This document shows, in pieces, positions 44,595-54,509 of a DNA stretch of 64,000 nt; the stretch's first letter is position 1, and each line of letters starts with the position of its first letter. The DNA comes from a virus: positions 96,001-160,000 of the IMG/VR virus record IMGVR_UViG_3300021181_000006; one strand, written 5' to 3'. The translations under genes and the position numbers were made by a program. The notes beneath the pieces were generated by a model that saw only the letters and a list, made by a program, of their open reading frames with translations, was not told where the DNA came from and did no database searches.

Positions 44595-45058
44595 TAACTA
44601 TATCACAGGATGGCGTGATCGGACACCATGGTAAAATACCATGGCATATACCAGAAGATTTACAATTTTTTAAAGAGACTACCTACGGTTCCGCAGTGAT
44701 TATGGGTCGTAAGACTTACGAATCACTGCGGCATCCATTGGATTATCGTCTGAATGTAGTCCTCTCAAAAGAGGGATCAATTACTGGAGTAGTAACACGT
44801 ATTACAAAGCCAGAAGAAGCAAAGCCCATCATTGACCAAATGAAGTCATTTGTCATTGGTGGGACTGCTGTCTATACCGAGTTTTCTCGTCAGATTACTG
44901 ACTGGATTATTACCAGAGTACCCACTGAGTGTGGATTATCGGATACCTACTTCCCAGAAGTGCTCCTCGATCATTTTTCTTTAGCTCATACTCACGACAT
45001 CCCATGTAAAAATGGCATGACGCTCACGGTTCAACATATGGTTCGGGTGGAAGAATGA
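44579..45058 (+). CDS. folA: dihydrofolate reductase
   Basis: GVIG..GKIPWHIPEDLQFFK..T...VIMGRKTYES...NVVLS...IGG..VY...DTYFP. Confidence 0.96.
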   Translation: MLTGIVTISQDGVIGHHGKIPWHIPEDLQFFKETTYGSAVIMGRKTYESLRHPLDYRLNVVLSKEGSITGVVTRITKPEEAKPIIDQMKSFVIGGTAVYTEFSRQITDWIITRVPTECGLSDTYFPEVLLDHFSLAHTHDIPCKNGMTLTVQHMVRVEE

Positions 45059-45354
45059 TACCTCTCTCAAAGCGTTTTGAGATACTACAACGTACTGGTA
45101 AATATAGCGAGGCTAAGGAGTTAGTAAAAAATTCCCGTTGGTATCAGTGCGGTAAGCTCTACTACCGTCCATTTGATGATATGACGATTGATAAGGGAAG
45201 AGTTTTTAAGCAGATACAGGATATCTCGCAGTGTACAGAGGTGCCATTCGAGCAGATTGACCAACTAGATTCTCTTGCAGGGATCGCACTCGCAGCTACA
45301 GTGACGCATGTCAGTCAACCTCAATTACCTAGAAAACGCTGCTGTGGTGCATGA
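45055..45354 (+). CDS. hypothetical protein
   Basis: ATGA coupled. Confidence 0.7.
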   Translation: MIPLSKRFEILQRTGKYSEAKELVKNSRWYQCGKLYYRPFDDMTIDKGRVFKQIQDISQCTEVPFEQIDQLDSLAGIALAATVTHVSQPQLPRKRCCGA

Positions 45355-45863
45355 ATAAGCTAGAAAAGCATTTATGGCAGATAGTGAGCAGTTCTATTCT
45401 TCAGGACCAGCGTTATAAGTTTCTGAAGATTATTGAGCGCCAATACTCTACATTACTTGGCTTTAGCGAAAACACGATATTTGTTTACCTATTAAAAAAT
45501 AAAATCATCTCTCTCGATCATTTAGAAATTGAATCAGCTTTCGTCAACCCGAATAACGTATCTAAGAATATCTTGATACAATATTTTAGCTTCTCATTAC
45601 TGCAATCACGAGCCTTTAAGTTTCTCTGGAAAGGGAAACTAGAAAACCTCGTAGCGCGTACTGTAGCTAATGAGACGTCGGTGAAGAAGATGCTTGGTAT
45701 GAAAGAGTGGCGTCTCCACTTCACGAGAAGCAATGAATGCTATGCGTTACATACGTCTGGCGATGGGTTTATCATCACTAAAAATGGTTTATTCGCTTTT
45801 TTCTGGGACTTCGAGAAGAACAAATTTAAAGAACCACATCCCGCAGTTGCCAGTACCACATGA
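45351..45863 (+). CDS. hypothetical protein (VKKMLGM motif)
   Basis: ATGA coupled. Confidence 0.7.
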   Translation: MNKLEKHLWQIVSSSILQDQRYKFLKIIERQYSTLLGFSENTIFVYLLKNKIISLDHLEIESAFVNPNNVSKNILIQYFSFSLLQSRAFKFLWKGKLENLVARTVANETSVKKMLGMKEWRLHFTRSNECYALHTSGDGFIITKNGLFAFFWDFEKNKFKEPHPAVASTT

Positions 45864-45879
45864 GTTACTAAAGTGACGC

Positions 45880-46119
45880 ATGCTCTACTTATATGAATAC
45901 GAAATTCTTGGTGGTTTCTTTGCTCCCAGTAAGTTATTTGTCTCTCATAGAATCCTGACTGAAGCTGAAGTAGTTCAGGGCATCAATCGTGTTGCTTCCA
46001 GCCATAAAGTGGTTATGACTAGCGTTCCATTCGAGTTTGTACTCAATGGCCGTAAAGTCAGAATCACCTGTAAGGAAGTACCAAGTGCCGACATTAACAG
46101 TAGGAAACGCCAACATTGA
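45880..46119 (+). CDS. hypothetical protein
   Basis: 79 aa ORF. Confidence 0.55.
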   Translation: MLYLYEYEILGGFFAPSKLFVSHRILTEAEVVQGINRVASSHKVVMTSVPFEFVLNGRKVRITCKEVPSADINSRKRQH

Positions 46120-46918
46120 GTTAGAGGATTGGCAGTATCAACGAGTCATTGCTCATCAGCTCAGCCCATATCTCATATTTTTAATTCAGTATAAACTCTC
46201 TCAAGTTGATGATACTGAACTATTAGCTGCATTACTTTATGCTGAGTATCGCGGTCCAGCCATGCTCTCGATTGCGGCTGAGATGCATTGGCTCAGACTC
46301 CATATGCTCGTAGGTCTTCCTTTGGAAGACGCTATCAAATACGCAGGTTCTTTAGCTCCTACTGCGGCTGAGCTTGAAGATTATAAGATTAAACTGGTTC
46401 ATAAGTTGGACTTCGATGCCAGCCGTACTTGGATGGGTATCACTGTCTTAGATGAAATAGGTCCAAATGGTCTCTATTTATATACGCTCTTTGCTATGGG
46501 AGCCCCAAGAGTCTGTGTAAAAGATATAAGAGATCCGTTGTTCGCGGCCATACATTTAAATCCAAGACATATTTCGACTGGTTTCGATGACCTTGATATC
46601 GTAAAGCTGACTGGGAATATTGCTTTTACTTACTACATACCCGATCATCTGTATCAGAAGATATTCCGTATGCGTAAGTTTTTATTAGCAGAAGCTGGCT
46701 TAGTGAAGCCTCGTGATATTCGTCACTGGCATCCAAAGATTCAATTTGGCTTCACTAAAGTGCAGTTAGATGCGCTGAGACAGCTCAATGATTTCTATCA
46801 GAATGTGCTAGATGATACGAATGATCATTTTATTGTGGACGTACCTGACCACGTAAAGCATGCGAGATGTGTCATGATCGTAGATAAGGATGGCGTCGAG
46901 AGGATTATAACATCCTAG
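46037..46918 (+). CDS. hypothetical protein
   Basis: 293 aa ORF; start uncertain. Confidence 0.75.
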   Translation: MYSMAVKSESPVRKYQVPTLTVGNANIELEDWQYQRVIAHQLSPYLIFLIQYKLSQVDDTELLAALLYAEYRGPAMLSIAAEMHWLRLHMLVGLPLEDAIKYAGSLAPTAAELEDYKIKLVHKLDFDASRTWMGITVLDEIGPNGLYLYTLFAMGAPRVCVKDIRDPLFAAIHLNPRHISTGFDDLDIVKLTGNIAFTYYIPDHLYQKIFRMRKFLLAEAGLVKPRDIRHWHPKIQFGFTKVQLDALRQLNDFYQNVLDDTNDHFIVDVPDHVKHARCVMIVDKDGVERIITS

Positions 46919-46926
46919 CCAATAGA

Positions 46927-46952
46927 AAGACCTAGGCTTTGGCCTAGGTCTT
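46927..46952. terminator. bidirectional terminator at the convergence of the + and - blocks
   Basis: aagacctagg...cctaggtctt. Confidence 0.75.
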
Positions 46953-46975
46953 AGTTTTGGTAGCTTTATTAGCTA

Positions 46976-47731
46976 TCAAGCACCATCTATGCTCACGGGC
47001 ACGAGCTGATCGTATTGACAAGAGATTCCCTCGGCAACAAGCACAGAACTAGCATTTACATTCAGCGAATGACTCTGGATGAATACGTCTTCCAGATAGA
47101 ATGCTGAGTAAACCTGGTCTCTTACGTCCTTCATGTACACCAACAGGCCAAGAGGCTGGTTAAACAGATCTGAAGCCAGATTCATGTAGAACGCACCCTT
47201 TTGGTCAGCAGGCAATCCAGCGCCAGCTGAAGTACCAGGAGCTACCTCAATGAATGGCAGGCTAGGATCAGCAGTACCAGACAGTTGAATGGCGTCATCA
47301 TTGCTTGAGTCGCTCATCAGAGCGCCGTTAGCCATGGTGATAAGGCTTTCAGGGTAGTAAGCGTACATCACGCGCATGAGTGATGGACCCCAGAAAAGTA
47401 CACGCCCCATAGAGAACGAACCGATGTTACGTCCTGGGATGAAGTAGGAACGCTTCGAACCGATTTCGAATAAGCGCTGGAGCTGCTTATTTTGGCTCAG
47501 ACCGAAGTTTTCCACCATTCCGATAGGATACACTGCGCCAGATTGAGTTCCTGTAGGAATATCTGCACCTGATGCGGCTGAACTAGCCACATTCTGGAAC
47601 GATACATCGCTAAAGCTGGGAGGACCAGCTGCGATCAGTACCGACTCTGCTGAGACATACTCACCCTGTTGGAGACGAGACTCCACATGTTGAGTCTGCC
47701 ATGCCCAGTTGCTGAAATTAGTCGTAGCCAT
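46976..47731 (-). CDS. tail tube protein (probable)
   Basis: directly downstream of sheath; IG.VENF..SQ.K.LQRLFEIGS.R.Y.IPG pattern. Confidence 0.7.
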   Translation of the reverse strand: MATTNFSNWAWQTQHVESRLQQGEYVSAESVLIAAGPPSFSDVSFQNVASSAASGADIPTGTQSGAVYPIGMVENFGLSQNKQLQRLFEIGSKRSYFIPGRNIGSFSMGRVLFWGPSLMRVMYAYYPESLITMANGALMSDSSNDDAIQLSGTADPSLPFIEVAPGTSAGAGLPADQKGAFYMNLASDLFNQPLGLLVYMKDVRDQVYSAFYLEDVFIQSHSLNVNASSVLVAEGISCQYDQLVPVSIDGA

Positions 47732-47740
47732 TCATTATCC

Positions 47741-50695
47741 TTAGATGAGGAGAGTAACACGGATGTAGTTAGCTGGGAAGGGCACTTTAACATTTACATC
47801 GAGAATCACCTGGTCAGGAGTCGTTGGATCCTGAATCAGCGAAGCAATCGTAGTGCCAGATACGCACTGTCCTGCTGCTAACAGATTCTTGATGATCGAC
47901 TGAGCTGCGGTACGAACCTGGCTCAGGTAATTACCAGTGATGTTAAAGCGGCCAATGTAAGGACGGAGATTATTGCGGAAGTATTTCGCAATATAGTCTA
48001 CATCTTTCACGATGCTCAGCTCTTGGCTCTCAATCGTTGTAGGATCGGTAGTCAGCTGATGACGTGTATAAGGTAAGCTGTCCACAGTAGCCTGGACGCA
48101 GATATACACTCCACCAGCGGCCATGACATCAAGCTGAGATCCACGGAAGTAGCGGTTGCTATCAAACAACTGCGTAATGCCCTGGATAGGCAGATTGGTG
48201 AATGGTTGCTGAGGATCCTGCTGGTTAATCATGCCACCGATGGCGCATGAGAGGTAATAACCAGGAACCGTAGCTGTCACATTCGCACCAGTACCTGGCG
48301 AAAACAAGTCAGCGTAGGTCAGCGAGATCTGATCAGGCCATACCAGAACAGCACGGCGATTCAGGATCGACTCTGCGTAGGTGGCGATATAAGCCGCTTG
48401 CGCATCTTTGCTCAGAGCATGAGTCTGGACCAAGAATTTCACGGCTGAAGCACTCGCAGGTGCCGCAGACAGCAAGACTAAGGTCGTCTGGTTGGTTACT
48501 GATGCCACACGATATGTAGCAAGAACATGATTGCCAGAATCAAGATATACCAGGTCATCACCTTGAGATACACCGACAGTCTGAAACTGTGCTGATGCCG
48601 AGGTAAAGATAAGTCCGGTGACATCCGTCGCGCCATCCACAGGGTAGCTGGTGCTGTTATTTTCAGGCCATTCCTGGCTCTGAATGAATAACTGACGATT
48701 CAGTAAGCAGATACGCTCTTTCTTCTCAACTGGTGTTGAAAGAGCAGTCACATGAGCAGGATACAGTGAGAGATTGGTCAGATCCTGAGTCAGAGGCACT
48801 AAGGTATAGACCTCCTCGGATTCGAGGAACTCAAGAGCATTTTGATGCTCTACCACGCTATCGGCATTTAATCCGATAACGAAGATGCTGTTTACTGTGG
48901 TATTCAGTGCTACTGAAGCAGCTAATGCCAGAGGATTCTGAGGCACTGGGAACCCAAGCAGAGTGGTCACATCAGTGATGCTGTCAATCTGCGTCAGAAC
49001 ACCAGTCAGATCCTGTCGCAGGGCCTGGTAGGTAATAAGCACGGTGGCTGAGTACGGTCCAGAGTTCGTTTGCTGAATCTGATAGCTATTGCTGATGCTA
49101 TTGAAAGGCAGACCTCTGAGATACGAATAGGTATCGCTATTAGCGGTAGCCCCTAAGAGGGGCGTCAGGAGGGTTAACAGATCAGGAGTCGCAGAAGCAA
49201 CCTGGTAATTCCCAACTGCAGCACCAGAGGTAACAACGAGGTAATCGCCAGCAGTATTCAGGAACGTATTCGCTCCACGAGCAACGCGATCAACCTTGAA
49301 GGTATCTACGGTGGTTGAATTTACATCTTGCAGAGTCGCTAAAGAAGGTCCGCTAGTTTCGCTGGTAGTCAGAGTCTTTGTCAGCCACAGAGTAGAACCT
49401 GAGAGAGCAGGACTTGCAGCAATGGTATACGTTCCATCGTTAGCTGGATTCGTAGCATTTGAGATGATAATGAAATCACCAGCGACGATTGAGCCGGGAA
49501 TCGCGGTAGAAAGAATGATCTTTGCCTGTGTTGGATGTCCACCACCAACGTCTGATGCTAAGATAGATGAAATCGAGGCATTGATGAGTACATAGTCCGT
49601 ACCATCGACCTTACCCAGTAATCCAGGGCTAGCGATCTGAATGGTATTTGCATTTAATACAGCAGTGATGAGATAATCACCAGCGGCAGCAGGATCGCCA
49701 TCGCCACCAGCGTTCACATCTTGGACATTCGCTGTACCGGCTGCTGAACCCTGATTAGCACCACCAAGTAATCCAGATACGTCTACATTCGCACCAGAAA
49801 CTGCAATAATGGTATAGGTTCCATCATTACCGCTATCAGTAGCGCCAACAATAGTAATTTTATCACCAGCGATGATGCCAACAGGTGCTGATGCCGAAAG
49901 AACGATACGACCATTACCGGAAGAGCCTTGGTTCTTAGTTAACGAAGCAATAGACAGACCCTGCCAAGGAGTTGGCATAACTGGAGCAGAATGAGTGACA
50001 CGCAGGTAATCGCCAACTTGAACATTAGTACCAATCCCAGCCTGAGTAATCGACTGCGAACCAGTCGCATAGTCATTATCGAGATTGGTGACTGTAGTCA
50101 CGTGAGCAATAACGCCGATATCATCCTCTGCGATCACTGATCCAGTGAAAGTTCCACCGAATGATCCAGTAGCCAGGGCACCAGAAACTTCCTCATGGAC
50201 TCTGAGAGTATTAGGATCAATCAGTTGATCGATAATGTAGGTAGCAACGTTACCTGCAGGAGAAGTAACAAGCAGTTTCGAAGATCCACCACTTGTAACG
50301 CCTAAATCAAGGAAATCGACATTAGGATCTGAGAAGATAATGCCGTTAGAGGCTCCGGTCACCGAGTTATTGTCATTCAGCTGAACAGTCAGATCTACAT
50401 CACCAGGAATAGATACTGTCGAAGATCCAGCTGTAACTAAGTTGGTAATTTCGAATAAACCGAGAGAATTCTGTAAGAAGGTCCGCACTGTAGCCTGATT
50501 CACTACCGCACCCTGAATCAATTCAGGATAAGGAATGGTAGCAGGTGTTCCACGTGAGTAAGAACCAGCGTTGCCTTGAGCGACCAGCTGGTTACAGACA
50601 CCAATGATGCACAATGGGAGGTCAGGAGCATTTAAGACAGGACTTGTCGTAGTAAAGTCTTGCTCAACTGTCACATCTGGTACTTCGTAAGCCAT
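47741..50695 (-). CDS. tail sheath protein with multiple inserted beta domains
   Basis: MAYEVPDVTVEQ start; C-terminal ELSI.K..DY.A...R..L..YIG..N...L....IQDPTTPDQVIL...VPFPANYI. Confidence 0.85.
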   Translation of the reverse strand: MAYEVPDVTVEQDFTTTSPVLNAPDLPLCIIGVCNQLVAQGNAGSYSRGTPATIPYPELIQGAVVNQATVRTFLQNSLGLFEITNLVTAGSSTVSIPGDVDLTVQLNDNNSVTGASNGIIFSDPNVDFLDLGVTSGGSSKLLVTSPAGNVATYIIDQLIDPNTLRVHEEVSGALATGSFGGTFTGSVIAEDDIGVIAHVTTVTNLDNDYATGSQSITQAGIGTNVQVGDYLRVTHSAPVMPTPWQGLSIASLTKNQGSSGNGRIVLSASAPVGIIAGDKITIVGATDSGNDGTYTIIAVSGANVDVSGLLGGANQGSAAGTANVQDVNAGGDGDPAAAGDYLITAVLNANTIQIASPGLLGKVDGTDYVLINASISSILASDVGGGHPTQAKIILSTAIPGSIVAGDFIIISNATNPANDGTYTIAASPALSGSTLWLTKTLTTSETSGPSLATLQDVNSTTVDTFKVDRVARGANTFLNTAGDYLVVTSGAAVGNYQVASATPDLLTLLTPLLGATANSDTYSYLRGLPFNSISNSYQIQQTNSGPYSATVLITYQALRQDLTGVLTQIDSITDVTTLLGFPVPQNPLALAASVALNTTVNSIFVIGLNADSVVEHQNALEFLESEEVYTLVPLTQDLTNLSLYPAHVTALSTPVEKKERICLLNRQLFIQSQEWPENNSTSYPVDGATDVTGLIFTSASAQFQTVGVSQGDDLVYLDSGNHVLATYRVASVTNQTTLVLLSAAPASASAVKFLVQTHALSKDAQAAYIATYAESILNRRAVLVWPDQISLTYADLFSPGTGANVTATVPGYYLSCAIGGMINQQDPQQPFTNLPIQGITQLFDSNRYFRGSQLDVMAAGGVYICVQATVDSLPYTRHQLTTDPTTIESQELSIVKDVDYIAKYFRNNLRPYIGRFNITGNYLSQVRTAAQSIIKNLLAAGQCVSGTTIASLIQDPTTPDQVILDVNVKVPFPANYIRVTLLI

Positions 50696-51637
50696 TTAAT
50701 TCCCCGTAATATCTGGTCGTTGCTGAGGTGGTGTGCTATCGTTAGTCAGTATATCTTGGACTTGGTCGTTGCCCACTGTCAATCCGCCTGGAACGGTTAT
50801 TTGAACATGTGCGCCTGATCCAGATTCATTAGCAGAGCCGTTTAATGGTGATAAGAGAAGGATAACATCACCAGTTATTGTTGCTATGCGATAGATCCCG
50901 TCGTTTCCGTTTACTGATCCTACTATACTAAACTGACTTGCTTGTTTCAAGTTAGGGTTCGTAGAAGCACCAGTTACCGTAATAGTGCCATTAGCAACAT
51001 TTATCGAAGCAATGGCATACATAATAAATGTATCCGGCAATGTAGCATGTGTTGGAGATAGAGTTTCAGAAATACTCAGTTTATTGAGCTGGAGATACTC
51101 TTGGCTAAACTTCCATTCTTCCTTCCATGCTAACTTTAAGAAGACTGGCACCACGGTGAGTTCTATCTTAGAATCGGCTGAAACAATCGTCTCCGCACCA
51201 ATACCTGCGATATCGAGTTTATGGATGCCATAAATGGTACGAATAGACTGTTTGAAGAATGTAAATAACTGGAATACGAGACTTGCCAAGAATTCAGCTT
51301 CGAGACCTTCTCTAGAAAAGCAGTTAATCGTCATATCAACTTGAATAAGATCTTGATAAGTCTTATTCTCAGCGAAACGACTATTAGTCTTAAAGTTATC
51401 ATTCGAAGTATTCATCCACTGGATCTGTCCACGAGAGATAACTAACGAAGGACGGGTCTCTACTGTTTGCAGATTCTCTACATTCGTATCTATGATCTGT
51501 ATCTTGGACACCTTTTCATCTGGTGACCATATGAAATCATTCTTATCGGAATACAGTTTCTGACGAGAAAAAACATCTTTAAGGAAGTGTAATAACACAT
51601 CCTTAGCTTTAGATGGATAATTTGTCTCAGAGATCAT
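50696..51637 (-). CDS. tail completion/terminator-like protein with a C-terminal inserted module
   Basis: position upstream of sheath; INCFSREGLEAEFLA. Confidence 0.5.
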   Translation of the reverse strand: MISETNYPSKAKDVLLHFLKDVFSRQKLYSDKNDFIWSPDEKVSKIQIIDTNVENLQTVETRPSLVISRGQIQWMNTSNDNFKTNSRFAENKTYQDLIQVDMTINCFSREGLEAEFLASLVFQLFTFFKQSIRTIYGIHKLDIAGIGAETIVSADSKIELTVVPVFLKLAWKEEWKFSQEYLQLNKLSISETLSPTHATLPDTFIMYAIASINVANGTITVTGASTNPNLKQASQFSIVGSVNGNDGIYRIATITGDVILLLSPLNGSANESGSGAHVQITVPGGLTVGNDQVQDILTNDSTPPQQRPDITGN

Positions 51638-51885
51638 GCATCTCTTGGGACGTAATGATCACGACGAGTGAGTACTGGCTCGAACTCTGGTACATGATCA
51701 TTGGTTACATCACGATTAATATGCTTATAGTAAGCTAAAGCACCCATAGCTAAGAGTCCACCTAAGATAGCACGGTTTACTGGATCTTTCGATTTCAATA
51801 CTTTTTCACTGGATAAACTACCAACTAAAGCACCTAAAGTGCCAGTAGCAATGTATTCCATCTCAGCTGTCTTAGTAATCTGCAT
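51634..51885 (-). CDS. small hydrophobic virion protein
   Basis: KTA motif then two Gly-rich hydrophobic helices. Confidence 0.6.
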   Translation of the reverse strand: MQITKTAEMEYIATGTLGALVGSLSSEKVLKSKDPVNRAILGGLLAMGALAYYKHINRDVTNDHVPEFEPVLTRRDHYVPRDA

Positions 51886-51898
51886 GGTCTATAGTACC

Positions 51899-52303
51899 TT
51901 ACTGGCGACTAAATCTCAACATGGGATACGATTCGTTCATAGCTCGTAAGGCAACATCGATATAATGCACACCTTCATAGCCTTTATAGTGCCACTTACC
52001 TTCGTTGATAGATTTTATGGTGCATCGACGGAAGACACCGTTAATTGGGATAGTTTTTCCTAAAAGGTACCACATAATATGTGGTTTACGACCTGTATCG
52101 ATGAATTGAGCGTAGTCTTTATCTGAATAAATAAAGATGATATTATCGATGACATACCCACGCATGCTTGCAGCTAATTGGCCAGTCGGATGCTTTAAAA
52201 CACCTGAATACAAATATTCTTTGATCGAAGTAACCATGTCCTCTTTAATGCGAGACATGCCTTCAAAATCAACATCGCCATCAACAGCGATTTTGGTGAT
52301 CAC
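51899..52303 (-). CDS. neck/virion morphogenesis protein (putative)
   Basis: TGQL..S...YA.FID.G.KPH...W...G. Confidence 0.5.
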   Translation of the reverse strand: MITKIAVDGDVDFEGMSRIKEDMVTSIKEYLYSGVLKHPTGQLAASMRGYVIDNIIFIYSDKDYAQFIDTGRKPHIMWYLLGKTIPINGVFRRCTIKSINEGKWHYKGYEGVHYIDVALRAMNESYPMLRFSRQ

Positions 52304-53061
52304 TTGTGTCTACCTACCATATACTCAATGTCATTGGGATTAATCTGAGTAGACTGAATAATCTGTGAAATAGTCGCACCCATACGAGTGGTCTGAGTCA
52401 CTTTAATAATACGATAACGCTTTCCAGTCTGTGGATAGAGAAAGAAATCTCCATCCTTCAGCTGTGGATAGTTAGATGTCTCTACAATGAAGTTATCTGG
52501 ATTACGTGCAGGACCTAAAGTAGCTACGATATCATTCGGCACATTGGTATTCAAGAATCCTGAAATAGGATTCCAATACCCACCAGCAAAGTTTGTTCCA
52601 TAACAGACTTCGCAGTTTGCTTTGCTTTTGCGCTGTTTCAGCGCATCCCAGCAATTAGGGCAATACTGACCAAAGGTCTTTTTACTGTAGAAAATGGCAG
52701 GAATACCCGTATAGCGCTGAAGATAGACATTCTTTTTACGTATTAACTCTAATGCCACAGCATCTGGTTGCCAAAGATTGTAGTAGACTCCGTAGTCCTT
52801 AAAGTCCTTGGTTACGATATTTGTGATACGAATCGTATAGAAGTACTTACGGCTATTCGAGAAATTATTAACTGTCGTATCAATATACTCGAATGGCGTC
52901 ACATTCTCAGCTATAAGAGCAAAGGGACCTTCCTCTGCACCTGAACGCAGGATACTGAAAGCATAGTCACTCAGTAACTCAGCAGTGGGCTCAATGGTCC
53001 AAAAGAGGCGTAGAGCCTCAATTTCGATCATCATGACACGAACTTCATTCATCACTAACAT
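52300..53061 (-). CDS. head-tail connector/neck protein (putative)
   Basis: CPNCWD...C.VCYGT.F.GGY motif; context. Confidence 0.55.
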   Translation of the reverse strand: MLVMNEVRVMMIEIEALRLFWTIEPTAELLSDYAFSILRSGAEEGPFALIAENVTPFEYIDTTVNNFSNSRKYFYTIRITNIVTKDFKDYGVYYNLWQPDAVALELIRKKNVYLQRYTGIPAIFYSKKTFGQYCPNCWDALKQRKSKANCEVCYGTNFAGGYWNPISGFLNTNVPNDIVATLGPARNPDNFIVETSNYPQLKDGDFFLYPQTGKRYRIIKVTQTTRMGATISQIIQSTQINPNDIEYMVGRHK

Positions 53062-53945
53062 TATGATCTACCTAGATTTGCGGATGAGACGTATTTCTCA
53101 TCCTTCCCTGCTATCAGTTTATGATAGAGATCAGAATTTTCAGTAACAGCATCTAGCGTCAGAGTCTTAAAGGTAACAAATGCATTTTCAGCAGAGTTAT
53201 TCAGCTTATCAATGGCTTTATCTATACGTTCTTCTAAGTTGAATTGATCACCTGTATAAAAAGGTACGAGATCCTGCCAGAGCTTACGAGCTAAGTTTGA
53301 TGAGCCATCAGTATCTTTAGCAAAAAGCATAGAGATATCGAGTGTCAACTTGTAGTTATGAGCTAATGATGTCTCGATAGAGATGAGCGACTCTGTCAGT
53401 TGCGATATGACTTTAGCCCGAATCTTATTAGGCGTCTTGCTATAGTGATTCTCAGTGAGACTCTTCGTTACAATATTAATAATGGCTGAGTGAAACACGT
53501 ACTTAATCTTATCCTCTAAGATTACTAATGATTGATCCGTGCTAATAAATCCACGTTGTTCAGCGGCTAATATGAGAAGACGATTACCGATAGTATTTCC
53601 CATATTATTCACTGAGCTAGTAATCTGCTTAGTCTGCTCAGTAATAGCATTCTTGAGATTTTCACTATCTTCATGGATAGCTTCAGTGTGTTCAGAAATG
53701 ACCATAGACTGCTGATGAAGCATCTCCTTCATACCAGTCATAGCGTCCACAAACTTGGCAGTACGTTCATTCTTAGAGGCGAGTTCTTTTTCCTTGAACT
53801 CAAGCTCTTTTACTTTGAGCCTATTTTTCTCTTTCAGAGTGCGAGCCTGCCAAATAAAGTATGCTAAAATACCTAAAAATAATAATACTACTGAGTACCA
53901 CTTGAAGCTTACTAACGCATGCAAAATATCAGCGATATATTCCAT
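53061..53945 (-). CDS. single-TM coiled-coil protein (holin-like candidate)
   Basis: N-terminal TM followed by a basic stretch. Confidence 0.5.
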   Translation of the reverse strand: MEYIADILHALVSFKWYSVVLLFLGILAYFIWQARTLKEKNRLKVKELEFKEKELASKNERTAKFVDAMTGMKEMLHQQSMVISEHTEAIHEDSENLKNAITEQTKQITSSVNNMGNTIGNRLLILAAEQRGFISTDQSLVILEDKIKYVFHSAIINIVTKSLTENHYSKTPNKIRAKVISQLTESLISIETSLAHNYKLTLDISMLFAKDTDGSSNLARKLWQDLVPFYTGDQFNLEERIDKAIDKLNNSAENAFVTFKTLTLDAVTENSDLYHKLIAGKDEKYVSSANLGRS

Positions 53946-53998
53946 TTAAGATACTCTCCAACTGATACCCAGTATACCGAATAAACAAACACGAACCA

Positions 53999-54451
53999 TT
54001 ACTTCTTCGTAGGTAAGGCTGCCTCTAAAGCATCGATAATACGAGAGTATAGAATGGATTCCTGTTGAGTCAGTTCAGTCTGACATTCATCATCGAGCAT
54101 GATTTCGAGAACAGCCTGTAATGATTGGCTCTTGGCAGCATCTGCAGAAGCGTCAATAATGACAGTGACTTCTTTTTGTAAATCTGCAAATGCGCTATTA
54201 AATCCGTCTTGATCTTTAAATACAAATGAATTACCTTTAGTCTTTCGCGCACCCTGATCATCAAACTCCACAAACTTATCTACCAGCTGCAGACGAGCCT
54301 TCTCGAAATCACTCATCTGTTCACTGAGATATCGCAATACACGACTCTTTTGTACGTTTCTTCCACCACCTTTGACGACAGTCTTCAGGAGGATATCGTA
54401 AAAAGTTTTAGCTACAGCAAAAGTAACTGAAAAAATACCAGCATCGGTCAT
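53999..54451 (-). CDS. hypothetical protein
   Basis: aagga SD; in the structural operon. Confidence 0.75.
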   Translation of the reverse strand: MTDAGIFSVTFAVAKTFYDILLKTVVKGGGRNVQKSRVLRYLSEQMSDFEKARLQLVDKFVEFDDQGARKTKGNSFVFKDQDGFNSAFADLQKEVTVIIDASADAAKSQSLQAVLEIMLDDECQTELTQQESILYSRIIDALEAALPTKK

Positions 54452-54509
54452 AGAGTTTCCTTCTAAGGTTTGAATGATAGAATATCACCCAAACCTTAGA
54501 GTCAAGTCT

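Noticed and set aside
1-46900. Phage-specific promoter motif from recurring ggtataa/tagtataat words
   Set aside because: Several occurrences precede genes but are compatible with ordinary sigma70 extended -10 boxes in AT-rich DNA; enrichment cannot be established by eye.
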